This document shows, in pieces, positions 12,593 through 24,844 of a stretch of DNA of 64,000 bases (its first letter is position 1; each line of letters begins with the position of its first letter). The notes beneath the pieces were generated by a model, which was given only the letters and a program-made list of their open reading frames with translations, was not told the origin of the DNA and did no database searches. The translations under genes were made by a program, and so were the position numbers. The stretch is from Eledone cirrhosa. Taxonomy: Eukaryota. Where the stretch lies: contig OZ024741.1 in the NCBI GenBank assembly GCA_964016885.1, positions 123,070,001 to 123,134,000 on the forward strand, read 5' to 3'.

Positions 12593-14827
12593 TTTATAAG
12601 CCCCCCTCATAACACACTACTTAACTCCTTTGAAAATGACCTAGTAAAACTAGTTAAGAACATTAAATACAATAAGAACCGTAATAGAAACAACACCTTC
12701 TTAAACAAACTTAACACCTCTATTAATGAATTCAAAACTAGTAATAAAATTATTGTACACGCGGATAAAACTAATAACATATACAGCCTGGATTATAATA
12801 CTTATAGAAAGTTTATATATAATGAACTACATAAAAGCTACAAGAAAACTACTAAGAAAAACTTAGAGGATATTAATATAGCGGGATATAATATAGTGTC
12901 TAAACTAGGACTTCAGAGGCATACACAACCATACACCCCAAACCCCCCTAGATTCTCTAAGGAGGACTTCATTAGCAACCCCTCGATTAGACTTATCTGC
13001 CCTTCCAAGTCCGACATTGGCATTATCAGCAAGAACATTTTAGATAAAATCATCCCACAAATTAAACACAAGATGCACCTTAAACAATGGGGAAATACGG
13101 GTGAAGTTATTGAATGGTTCAAAGATATCAAGAATAACAAGGATAAAAAATTTATTCAGTTTGATATCAATTCATACTACACCTCTATTTCCCCTATCCT
13201 ATTAAATAAGGCACTAATCATGGCCATGAACAATAGCGACCTGACTAGAACCCAGATTGATGTCATCCTTGCGGCCCGTAAAACCATAATCACCTTTGAG
13301 GACCAATTATTGACCCGCAAGGATACGCACAACAACTTCGACATAACCATGGGGTCTAGTGACTCGGCGCAGGTCACTGATTTGGTCGGCCTATACTTAC
13401 TTAATGGAATCCATACCTCAACGGTGGTTTGTACCGCGATGATGCACTTCTTATAGAATATAAAAATTCAATATAGAAAGAACTAGAAAACTATTGCACA
13501 AGACATTCAAAAACTTTAACCTTAGTATCACCATGGACAAAAACACTAAAAACGTTAACTTCTTAGACGCCACACTATACCTAGACTCAAAGATATATAC
13601 ACCTTTCCATAAGCCTAACGAAAAACTCATTTACGTGGATACCAAGTCTAATCACCCAAGATCAATATTAAACTCTATCGCTAAGGGGGTATCCAATAGA
13701 ATCTCTAATCTATCCTATGACGCAAACATATTTAGCAAAAACTCGTAATATTATAATCAAGCATTAGCTAGATCCGGCCATAATATAGAGATTGAGTTCC
13801 TACCTACGAAAACACACCACATAGCTACAGCATCATCTCGCACAATATGTCCATGAGGAAACCTAGTAATATGAATAGCAACCACACGCACACTAAAGCA
13901 GAGGGTGCCATCAAAAGTAACCATTACCACAGAAACTACCGTAGTACCTTAGGAGGAAACAACACACCAGACACTAAAAACAAAAATAGAAGAAGAAATA
14001 ATACATTTTTCAACCCTCCTTTCAACCTAAACGTCTCCACCAACATACCTAGGGCTTTCTTCTCACTACTAGATAAAAACTTCCCTCTAGGACACAAGTA
14101 CCATAACCTTTTAAACAAAAACACTATTAAAATCTCATACTCTACGACGCCTAACATAGCATACCACATAGCTAGTACCAATAAAAGAAAAATTAATTCT
14201 TACTTCCAACAAACGAAATCACAACAGGGGGTAAACCTTCAAAATACCTCTGTAGCAAGCAACTCTAATAACGGCAATATTAATAGAAATAGCACTAGTA
14301 TAAGCAATAACACCGGGGACGACAATCCGCATATCCAAAATCCTATAGCTACCACCCGGACTTCTGCACAGCATTATAACCAGCAGACTAACACCCGGAA
14401 TAACTGTAGAGCAAATAGAACCTGCCCTTTAGATAAAAAATGCCTAATCAAGGATATCATATACTTATGCACCGTCACAACTAGCAACTCTTCAGAAACC
14501 TATGTAGGCTCCACTTCTAACTGCTTCAAAACCAGGTATAATTCGCACATCCACTCGTTCAAAAAGCACAGTCTAGCCAGCTCCACCTCACTATCTAGCT
14601 ACATACACTATCTAAAAACTAAAAATAAACCTTACACACTCAAATGGGAAGTGATAGGTTGCGCGACTTCGTACAAACCACCTAATACATTTTATAACCT
14701 CTGTATACTAGAGACCCACACTATTATCTTCTCTAACCGTAACCTACTTAACAAAAAATCTGAAGTGTTCGAAACTTGCCAGCACCGCTTCAGAAATTCC
14801 TTCCAAAACTTTAAGCCCAATACATAG
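12593..14827 (+). pseudogene. PLE reverse transcriptase-GIY-YIG endonuclease polyprotein, disrupted by frameshifts and stops
   Basis: HADKTNNIY, FDINSYYTSI, ITMGSSDSAQ, frameshifted GGLYRDDALL (~13422), NFLDATL; linker CRANRTCPLDKKCL; IIY..TYVGST..FKTRYNSH; C-terminal LNKKSEVFETCQH. Confidence 0.9.
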
Positions 14828-15005
14828 CAATGTCGGATTTGAACCAGACACCACCTCTAGCATCAAACACCAAGGGCACACCTTATACCACATCCCCACA
14901 CTCATTGATCCAATATAACACTAATCGGGACATCCCTCTAGAACCCTTCACAGTAGAAATACCCCTTTGTACTTCTACTTTAGGTGTGACTATATCCAGT
15001 TGCTT

Positions 15006-16340
15006 GAACTGCACTACACCATTTTATAGTTAATGTAAAATTTAAGCATTGAATTGATTGTATTGTTGGTGCTATGCGGGGGAAGTGCCATCGTTGGATA
15101 AATGGAAGACTAATTAATCTAGTAACGATGATGAGCTGTATGACCGGTATGCTGAGTGCAGTGAATGTATTGCAAGTGGCGTATGAGTTGTACATGTATG
15201 TATGAATAGATGGTCAGATTAGTCACATGAGGAGTGTGGATTGACCTCTGGTCTACCCTAGTGATGGTTATCTTTCGACATCCAATATAGCATGCACTGA
15301 CCCGGAACTTACCAGGGATCATTATATGTTGAAGTGATTCTATAATCACCCTGCCAGGTTCTATGAGTAGACTAAAATCACAATGATCATTGATTTAGAA
15401 ATCTCGCTCGTCGTGTAAAATATTCAATTGTGGCACTCTACGATGGAGGATAATCACCATAATAGGAACACCTTCAGTACAGCTTAATAGACTACACTAT
15501 AGTTAAGACACTTTAAATTTTTAGAAACTGCGTATAACCATATAAGTTAGGGACTATTTTGAGACACAATTTAATAGTTAGTAATAGAAACCAATGAGTT
15601 ACCTCCCCTCATGCATTAACTCCCCTTAGCCACACACACACTTCCGGGAAATATTTCGATGTCGATTCTCGCAACGTAACAACCTGCTGTATTGAGCTAA
15701 ATACCATCAGACTACGATTATCTAACATGATTATCAACCGCCTAATATCGAATCGTCGTAGACTATGTGAGGGGCATATAATCTGAAAAATACGCTCCCA
15801 GGACTATGAAAATGTTGCAGAGCATGAAATGCATACCATCGCTTCGCTACGCATTTCCAATATTTTTAATGCTTATATTATTTTTAATGCTTATATTATT
15901 TCTCCACGCACAGGCTACAACAATCATATAAAGAATTCATTACCAGATCAACCCGCTTAACACTCTTGATCACCTGTTTAAGTGCTTCTATTACACGTAA
16001 CTCTCTACCACACTATATAAACAAAACGCACGTGCTTGCCACACGTATAACTATTGCACTCAATAACCGCTTATAATTTCATGTATTTTAACCTGTATTT
16101 TTGATTTATCTTTTAATATGAATGTAATCTCTAAATGTGTACTGCCACACTAAATGCTGTAATGGATGTTGACCCACAATATTTGCATATGTATCTGTAT
16201 GTCTCTTGGGTTGAAAAGGAGGTCATATAAATGTTCATTCAATAATAAATTGCTCCGAAGAATCCAAACCTCGGTTTGGAGGAAACAGTTGTAAGCATAA
16301 AAATGTTTTGAACAGTTCTTTGATTCTTATAATTCATATA
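15006..16340 (+). repeat. Right (sense) pLTR / 3' UTR arm
   Basis: Inverted partner of 11277-12592; carries a 20-bp local duplication near 15861-15900. Confidence 0.95.
16251..16297 (+). ncRNA. Minimal type I hammerhead with a CCGAAGA core variant
   Basis: tgct-CCGAAGA-a tccaaacc tc ggtttgga g-GAAAC-AGTT-GTA-agca; predicted cleavage after 16293. Confidence 0.7.
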
Positions 16341-16513
16341 TATATATACATATATTTCTTGTTCCAGCTGCCAAAAATTAGTTGCGTCGTGATAAGTGCC
16401 AAGCTGTATCGTCCTGATGTTTTTGATGTAATTGTGATGGGAGATTCGCATATTTCTACAACTGCTGATCGTACATTGGGATATATTTGGTGTCGAATTA
16501 AATATACAATCAC

Positions 16514-16516
<3 letters not shown>

Positions 16517-16577
<61 letters not shown>

Positions 16578-16611
16578 CATATATATTATATATATATATA
16601 TATAATATATA

Positions 16612-16685
<74 letters not shown>

Positions 16686-16700
16686 ATATATATATATATA

Positions 16701-16735
<35 letters not shown>
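16517..16735. repeat. (TA)n microsatellite
   Basis: Directly visible. Confidence 0.95.
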
Positions 16736-16933
16736 GTGAAAATGTTTGACCCCGACGGCAGAGCTCAAGCCGTTTCGATGGCAATTTCTGGACTGTATTC
16801 CAGAAATACCCGTCGAAACGGCTTCAGCTCTGCCATCGGTGTCAATATTTTCCTATTACCCACTCTACTACCCTAAGTATTGAGTATTCTGGTGACTTAT
16901 GGTCCATGTGGTTCCTTACCTCACATCCTTCAT
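16736..16933 (+). mobile_element. Short fold-back element in (TA)n carrying hammerhead 3' halves (GAAACGGC family)
   Basis: Imperfect palindrome 16738-16852 centred on ctgtat; arms carry GAAACGGC..GCC(G/A)TC; homologs at 17445-17600 and 59495-59677. Confidence 0.7.
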
Positions 16934-16979
16934 TATATATATATATATATGTGTGCGTATATATATAGTTGTGTGTATC

Positions 16980-17019
<40 letters not shown>

Positions 17020-17024
<5 letters not shown>

Positions 17025-17273
17025 GTAGAATACTGGAAGGTAATAACCGTAGTGGTAGAGCACTCATTCCATGGGACGAGTTAGGTAGATCTGATTACAC
17101 AACACTTATTTCACCATATCAAGAACAATTGTTTCATCTTAGCGGATCCTCAGCTCGTAATGGTCAAGGTTATACGGAACAGCCGTATAACCTTGACCAT
17201 TACGAGCTGAGGATCCGCTAAGGTGTAACAATTGTTCTCTGTATGGTGAACTAACTGTTGTGTAACCACTTCT
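17020..17273. mobile_element. Fold-back PLE pLTR fragment in (TA)n with two divergent hammerheads (AATT family)
   Basis: Palindrome centred near 17180; gag-CTGAGGA-tccgctaaggt-GTAAC-AATT-GTT-ctc at 17204-17239 (+); GAAAC version at 17121-17156 (-). Confidence 0.8.
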
Positions 17274-17281
17274 ATATATAC

Positions 17282-17346
<65 letters not shown>

Positions 17347-17444
17347 AGGCGGGTAAAATTTCCGAGATCCATGGACGAGTTCTCTTCAGCGGTCTCTGTC
17401 CCTCGTCATCGCTGCTATGTCCTGCGTCTCCAATATATATATAA

Positions 17445-17598
17445 CAAAAGGGTGTGGTAAAATACCAGCTAGACCATAACAGCCCAGAGTACTCAATACT
17501 TAGGGTAGTACAGTTTTGACAACTAAATCTGAAATATATATATATAACGAAATAGCCGGTGAAACGGCTTGAGCTCTGCCGTCGGTGTCATACTTTTT

Positions 17599-17600
<2 letters not shown>
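17445..17600. mobile_element. Rearranged copy of the GAAACGGC family (inverted tail plus sense half-hammerhead)
   Basis: 17445-17506 is the reverse complement of the 16866-16931 tail; gaaacggcttgagctctgccgtcggtgtc at 17561. Confidence 0.65.
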
Positions 17601-17652
<52 letters not shown>

Positions 17653-18772
17653 TCTGTGTGTGTATAAGCACACAACCGGCTGGTTATGAAATTAGATTGC
17701 TGCAGAATGGAACAAATACCGAGAAACTTAATCCATCAGTGTAAAAAAAAAATCACAGTTCTACACTTATATCAAACTCCCTTGAATATAAATTCATAAT
17801 CAAGTTGCACTTTTGAAAAGTAATGTAAAATGTTTCCGCTCTGCTGTTTCCCTATTCTAATACCCATTTCACGCACATGCATCTTCGAATTTATTTTTAA
17901 CTATAAATATCTTTTAAATCTGCTATTCCCTCACGAGAGCAGCGAAGGCGCGTTCGGTAAGCTAAAGATAGTAAACACTTGTTTACGCTCCATGTTATCA
18001 ATTGATATACATGAAACATTTATGTGTTTGGCGGGAGGAGATATCTCAGCAGACAAACTGTCCATTGTATGTCAGTGGCGAATGTGTTGAAGTGGTATGT
18101 TGACAGTGCATTACAGTCGTGACATATAGTTACAAAAGTCGAAAAAGTTTTACATTCTAACATCGGTGTGTATTACATTTTATATTGTATTGTGGCAAAA
18201 ATGCAACAAGGGTTTAAATATTACTTGCTATCTAGTTCATTTTGCTTCATACAATACATCTATTATTAGTTTATCGATCAAATCTTAATTCTTATAATAT
18301 ATTATTTATTGTTGAAAGTGCGCTGCCTTGTTCCTAGGTCATTTTGTGCACGATCATGAGGGCCAGGATTTGATTCCCAGACCGGCCGGCAGGTTATGTC
18401 CTTATGCAAGACACTTCATTTCATGTTACCTCCATATCCACAGATAGGTATTAAATCTGCGACTGACTCCGTTACAACACAAATGGGTGTCTTGTACTCT
18501 CTAGAAAACGGTATATACTGTGGTCTACTGGGTCCCTGTGCTCGAGACAGTCTTTAACTTTACCGAATCTATATTATTTAATATTCCTAAATAATATATC
18601 TGGAAAATATTCAATTTGTCTACTTAACCTACTCACTTAATTGATTGCTTTCCTAATTTTCGGATTAACTGAGGATTTTTACTTTTGAAATCAAGTCCTT
18701 TACTCTGTCGAACACTATAATGACTTCATAAATCCAAAGTGATTAACAATTGATATTATAGTGAACGTTTTA

Positions 18773-18990
18773 GGGCGGTGGATTGGCAGTATCGGTAGAA
18801 GATTGGACGCTATGCTTTGCAGCATAGAGTTACGGCCATTTATGACTGAGTTGAAATCCCGCCGAGATTAACTTTGCCTTTCTTCCTTACAGGGTTGATA
18901 AAATAAAGTACCAGTCACACACAGGGGTCGATATAATCGACTTTCCTCTCCCCCAAAATTGCTGGCCCTGTGCCTATATGAGAAACCATT
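18773..18990 (+). mobile_element. SINE family A, near full length
   Basis: A box TGGCAGTATCGG; B-like GAGTTGAAATCC; gccgagattaactttgcctttc..gttgataaaataaagtaccag; 3' tgtgcctatatgagaaac. Confidence 0.85.
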
Positions 18991-20309
18991 GCATTGAAAG
19001 TTTTCATACAGAGTGTTGTGAAGAAAAAATCACATAAAATTATAATAATATTTATGTAGTAAGGAATACGATTTAGTTTAAAAACTACTCTCTGCTTCAA
19101 TTTCTATTAAGTACCGTTGAGAATTCGGGACAGGTTTCGGGGGTTCGGCGAAGACTAGCTCTCCACAACGTAGATTTAGAGTTATCTGTACACGTCCCTG
19201 ATTCTCAACTCGCCCACTCTCACTATATTTGTTTTTTTCTGTCCCTCCCTGTCTCCCACACACACTCTCTCTCTGTCTTGCTTTTATTTTATCTCGAAGG
19301 ATTCGGCTGTCCTAAGACCAGTAGAGGGATTCGGTTCTCTCAGATTTAAATGCTCTATATATAATTGATCACAGTTTGTATGATTATATACAGGTAACAT
19401 CTTAGTAAAACAACTTTTAACAGAGCTGGGTGTTCGCATTTTCCTAAGCTTTTTACAGCTACTCTCAGGTATTCTGCAGAAGTATGTTGAAACTGTCAGG
19501 TTACGTGGGCCATATATATATATTGCACGAAACTCCAGTGAGTGGGCGCTGTTCGTATTGTTTATTCGGAAGTCAGCTGTTTGTTATAATTATTTACATG
19601 ATTTTAGTTGAATCTAAATACGATTTATTTCAGAAGAGTCTTAGAAACTGGCTGAAATTAGATTTATGTTAGAATGAAATATACCAAGAAAATGTTTAAA
19701 TGTTTAAATCAGATAGAATGTTTACAGTAAATTTCAAGAAATTTGTATGGTGTTACAATTAGTGAAACAACATATCTCTTCTTCTGACTGTTAAATAATG
19801 TTATATTTATTGGTGCTTGAAAAACAAATAAAAGAAAGAAAACGCTAAAACAATTAACGTCAAGTTTAGCCAAGATTTAAAAGTGAAGTTTTCAAATTGT
19901 TAACGATATTGAAAATAATCTTTCTTTAAATTTCCTAATCCTTGCACAAATTTAATAAAAGTGATGGTTGTATTTGAAATTAATATTGAAACAACAGTAT
20001 AATTAGTTTTTCCTCTTATTTGCAAGTCATTTCAACTTCTACTCCTGATTTTAGGCTTCATAACTGTTACTAAATATATAACATAATTTAGTAATGGCAT
20101 TGTGATCTGCCAATAATATTAATTGTTTCTACTTTAGGCACAAGGCCAGCAATTACCAGTGCATTACTGGTACTTTATTATATCGATTTGCCAATAGTAT
20201 TAATGTCCACAAAAAGGCATACGCATGCTTATAAAAGTGAAATACAGAAAAACAAACATGAAGAGAGAAAGGGTAGTGGGATATCTTTCTCTATAAAAAT
20301 TAGTTAAAT

Positions 20310-20499
20310 AATTGTTTCTACTTTTGGCACAAGGCCAGCAATTATCCCAATGTAATACTGGTACTTTATTTTATCGACCCCGTAAGGATGAAAGGCAAAG
20401 TTAACCTCGGCGGGATTTGAACTCAGACCATAAATGGCCGTAACTCTTTGCTGCAAAGTATGATGTCCGACCCTCTACCGATACTGCCAATCCACCGCC
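20310..20499 (-). mobile_element. SINE family A (partial copy also at 20121-20186)
   Basis: A and B boxes plus the shared central and 3' sequence. Confidence 0.85.
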
Positions 20500-20506
20500 T
20501 ACCTAA

Positions 20507-21008
20507 TTCTGCAGAAGTAGAACCGTTTCATTCGTATGATTTCATATGAAGGAAACACTTCTATTCATCTAGAAGACATTTCTATCTAAAAATAGTTTAA
20601 TAATGAAAGATATAGTCCAAGGCAAGGTAGCCCGTTGGTTTTGCCCGGGAAATGTGTCCAACGATTCTTTCCTGAGAGAATCGAACCACATGCCAATATT
20701 ACCGGAACTGTGATGTCTGAAATTAGAGAAGTTACGGCTCAACCTGGAATGATTCTCTGATCTCTCTGCTACAAACTCTATCGAGTAACATTCATCGAAA
20801 TACTCTTCGAATGAACCTCATTTCGGCCGTTTGTATTCGTGGTTGTATTCCTTTGTATCTTGAGGTGACTACAGTTAAATTGGTAATCAATTTATATATC
20901 ATTGTTATATATAGAAAATATTTCTGCAGAAATAGAACCGTTTCATTCGTATGATTTCATATGAATTAAACACTTCTAGTCATCTAGAAGTAATTTCTAT
21001 CTAAAATA
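20507..21008. repeat. ~88-bp direct repeat with 415-bp spacing
   Basis: ttctgcagaa..tagaaccgtttcattcgtatgatttcatatgaa..tttctatctaaaa at 20507 and 20922. Confidence 0.85.
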
Positions 21009-21636
21009 ACAATACATATTTGTATATACTCACAGACGCAATGATATATATATACATATATACATACAAATTCATTTGATATTATTTCTTTGAAATAATC
21101 ATTAATCGATAAAGTAAAAGAAGGCACAACTTTTGTGTGATTTGTTATTGGAAGTTATTCATTGTCAGAATATGATCTAATACAGAAAAAGGAAGAATAT
21201 AATCACAAATATATATTTTATTAATATTTTCTATTAGCCTAATATTACAATTCAGTAAAATAATTCATAATTTTCTTTAGGTCAACACCCACGCAAATAA
21301 TGAAAGCAATTACCTCTCAAAAATATTTCTCAAACCCAGAGACTTTTACTGCTGGGCATACCCCAATTTCCTTGGTATTTGAAAATGGTTTTGTTGAAGA
21401 ACAACACAATCCGAGAATCGAACTCATGACATCATGTTCGTAAGTTCAAGGCCTCTGAATATTAGGCCACAAATCTTTGATCATTAAAATATTTGATAGT
21501 AAATACACGAAGCAAGACTGTAGGTTTATCAAACTTTTACGTATTCTATCTATTTGTGATTAATGTTTTTCAATGTTTGATTATGACATTTTCAGAAAAC
21601 CAGAAAGAAAAACTTAGACAATAACATGTGGTATCT

Positions 21637-21726
<90 letters not shown>

Positions 21727-21757
21727 TCTCTCAGTCTATATATATATATATATATAT

Positions 21758-22635
21758 GAAAATATGGGTGAGAAGAATACTGCTGGTTGCACATGGATAA
21801 CATGTTATAAAATGAGTCCCTCATCAGTGATTTACCAAACGATCATGGGTATTTCATCGCATTAAAAATCATATACCTCACGTTGGAGCGATAATAACTA
21901 AAATAAGATATTAGGACAATAGAAACGCGTAAAGCGAGTCAGACAAGTAAACAACACAGGGGGAAGCTAACCGAAGATGGAAATAAACACAAGCAACATA
22001 GTTATTCTTTCAGCATAAGCTGTGTGAATATATGAGCGAGTCAGAAAACAGACCTTTCGCTAGTGAATCCGGTGTTAGAAAGAATGAAAACCATTTTCCC
22101 AGCGAACGGGAGGAAGAAAGAAGGGGAGAAACATGGACTGAGTGAGTGGGAGTGCGAGGAAGAGGTCAGTAGAGAGAAAGAGTTAACTGACATGGCAGAG
22201 GGGACGAAAGAAAGTAAGAGAAACAGAGAGAACGAGGGAGCAGTAAGAGAGAAAGAGAGAAACACAGAATTGCAGTTTGGGTAAATATATGAAAATATGG
22301 GTGAGAAGAATACTGCAGGTTGCACATGGATAACATGTTATAAAATGAGTCCCTCATCAGTGATTTACCAAACGATCATGGGTATTTCATCGCATTAAAA
22401 ATCATATACCTCACGTTGGAGCGATAATAACTAAAGTAAGTTATTAGGACAATAGAAACGCGTAAAGCGAGTCAGACAAGTAAACAACACAGGGGGAAGC
22501 TAACCGAAGATGGAAATAAACACAAGCAACATAGTTATTCTTTCAGCATAAGCTGTGTGAATATATGAGCGAGTCAGAAAACAGACCTTTCGCTAGTGAA
22601 TCCGGTGTTAGAAAGAATGAAAACCGTTTTCCCAG
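21758..22635. repeat. Partial tandem duplication, 533-bp unit, ~1.65 copies, abutting (TA)n
   Basis: gaaaatatgggtgagaagaatactgc at 21758 and 22291; identity runs to 22635. Confidence 0.9.
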
Positions 22636-23009
22636 ACAGAAATTAAGGTAGCTATAATGATCATTGTCTCCTTACCAAGCAATTGCGCTAGAAGTAGGAT
22701 CAGATGCATAGAATTGTTAAAGAACAATTGTGTAGAAAGCTACAGAGGCTAACGAATATTAGCCTACACCTTTTCATAGTCTGCACCATTTCAGAATTTA
22801 GTGTAATTACGTTATAATGATGCAGATGTGATTTTAATATGAAAGTCAGAGAGTCTCTCGTAAGTAAGACATATCAGTCGTTGCTCTATTTACAATATGG
22901 CAACGCCAATAATTAGATGATTACAAAGGTATTGGACGATAACAAACGACAGTACATATGCATACACTGGCATATATATGTAAATACATATCATATTTTC
23001 TATCCCCTC

Positions 23010-23292
<283 letters not shown>

Positions 23293-23450
23293 TTGGAATA
23301 AATGCTCTGAAATAGCGATATATATGTGAATATAGACATAGAATATTCGAAAATATTCTGTATGTTTATAATAAACATTTTGAAGACCTAATCGCTATAG
23401 AATAGAATACGTCACGTATTACAATTAGATTCTCGATAAAAGCAAGGGAA

Positions 23451-23493
23451 GTAATCTACGCGTTTCATTCTTGTTAGAAATCATCAGGACTAC
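23451..23493 (-). ncRNA. Minimal type I hammerhead (310-bp unit)
   Basis: Reverse complement of gtagtc-CTGATGA-tttct aaca agaat-GAAAC-GC-GTA-gattac. Confidence 0.85.
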
Positions 23494-23760
23494 ATATCCA
23501 GTGCTTTTATCGAGAATGACACAGCTAGAGACTTATAGAATACTTAGCTGTGTACAGGAACTGGTTTGAAAGAGCGGTTGCCGGTCCGGCAGAAATTAGA
23601 AATTGGAATAAATGCTCTGAAATAGCGATATATATGTGAATATAGACATAGAATATTCGAAAATATTCTGTATGTTTATAATAAACATTTTGAAGACCTA
23701 ATCGCTATAGAATAGAATACGTCACGTATTACAATTAGATTCTCGATAAAAGCAAGGGAA

Positions 23761-23803
23761 GTAATCTACGCGTTTCATTCTTGTTAGAAATCATCAGGAC
23801 TAC
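23761..23803 (-). ncRNA. Minimal type I hammerhead (310-bp unit)
   Basis: Same sequence as 23451-23493. Confidence 0.85.
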
Positions 23804-23932
23804 ATATCCAGTGCTTTTATCGAGAATGACACAGCTAGAGACTTATAGAATACTTAGCTGTGTACAGGAACTGGTTTGAAAGAGCGGTTGCCGGTCCGGC
23901 AGAAATTAGAAATTGATAAAAGCACTGGATAT

Positions 23933-23975
23933 GTAGTCCTGATGATTTCTAACAAGAATGAAACGCGTAGATTAC
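23933..23975 (+). ncRNA. Minimal type I hammerhead (310-bp unit)
   Basis: gtagtc-CTGATGA-tttctaacaagaat-GAAAC-GC-GTA-gattac; canonical core; predicted cleavage after 23969. Confidence 0.85.
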
Positions 23976-24242
23976 TTCCCTTGCTTTTATCGAGAATCTA
24001 ATTGTAATACGTGACGTATTCTATTCTATAGCGATTAGGTCTTCAAAATGTTTATTATAAACATACAGAATATTTTCGAATATTCTATGTCTATATTCAC
24101 ATATATATCGCTATTTCAGAGCATTTATTCCAATTTCTAATTTCTGCCGGACCGGCAACCGCTCTTTCAAACCAGTTCCTGTACACAGCTAAGTATTCTA
24201 TAAGTCTCTAGCTGTGTCATTCTCGATAAAAGCACTGGATAT

Positions 24243-24285
24243 GTAGTCCTGATGATTTCTAACAAGAATGAAACGCGTAGATTAC
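24243..24285 (+). ncRNA. Minimal type I hammerhead (310-bp unit)
   Basis: Identical motif 310 nt downstream. Confidence 0.85.
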
Positions 24286-24552
24286 TTCCCTTGCTTTTAT
24301 CGAGAATCTAATTGTAATACGTGACGTATTCTATTCTATAGCGATTAGGTCTTCAAAATGTTTATTATAAACATACAGAATATTTTCGAATATTCTATGT
24401 CTATATTCACATATATATCGCTATTTCAGAGCATTTATTCCAATTTCTAATTTCTGCCGGACCGGCAACCGCTCTTTCAAACCAGTTCCTGTACACAGCT
24501 AAGTATTCTATAAGTCTCTAGCTGTGTCATTCTCGATAAAAGCACTGGATAT

Positions 24553-24595
24553 GTAGTCCTGATGATTTCTAACAAGAATGAAACGCGTAGATTAC
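24553..24595 (+). ncRNA. Minimal type I hammerhead (310-bp unit)
   Basis: Identical motif 620 nt downstream. Confidence 0.85.
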
Positions 24596-24720
24596 TTCCC
24601 TTGCTTTTATCGAGAATCTAATTGTAATACGTGACGTATTCTATTCTATAGCGATTAGGTCTTCAAAATGTTTATTATAAACATACAGAATATTTTCGAA
24701 TATTCTATGTCTATATTCAC

Positions 24721-24753
<33 letters not shown>

Positions 24754-24765
24754 TATATACATATA

Positions 24766-24840
<75 letters not shown>

Positions 24841-24844
<4 letters not shown>

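Larger units (their letters stand above)
11277..16340 (+). mobile_element. Penelope-like element (RT + GIY-YIG, Hydra-clade-like), 5'-truncated, with ~1.3-kb inverted pLTR arms
   Basis: 11277-12592 is the reverse complement of 15006-16340; the interior encodes RT and GIY-YIG; 3' end abuts (TA)n; a hammerhead lies in each arm. Confidence 0.9.
23293..24728. mobile_element. Retrozyme-like inverted tandem array of a 310-bp hammerhead-containing unit
   Basis: Minus-sense units start at 23293 and 23603; orientation switches near 23915; plus-sense units start at 23915, 24225 and 24535 (partial); (TA)n on both flanks. Confidence 0.9.

Noticed and set aside
11277-16340. DNA transposon with long TIRs
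   Set aside because: The interior encodes RT and GIY-YIG, not a transposase; the left arm truncates the ORF and copies the 3' UTR.
17344-17430. Minus-strand CTGAAGA..GAAA motif between (TA)n tracts
   Set aside because: Stems I and III do not pair convincingly; possibly a decayed remnant, but not supportable.
18773-18990. tRNA genes from A/B boxes
   Set aside because: No cloverleaf; the boxes head a dispersed ~200-bp SINE present in more than ten copies.
23293-24728. CRISPR array or ordinary satellite
   Set aside because: There are no unique spacers; whole 310-bp units repeat, switch orientation and carry a ribozyme.
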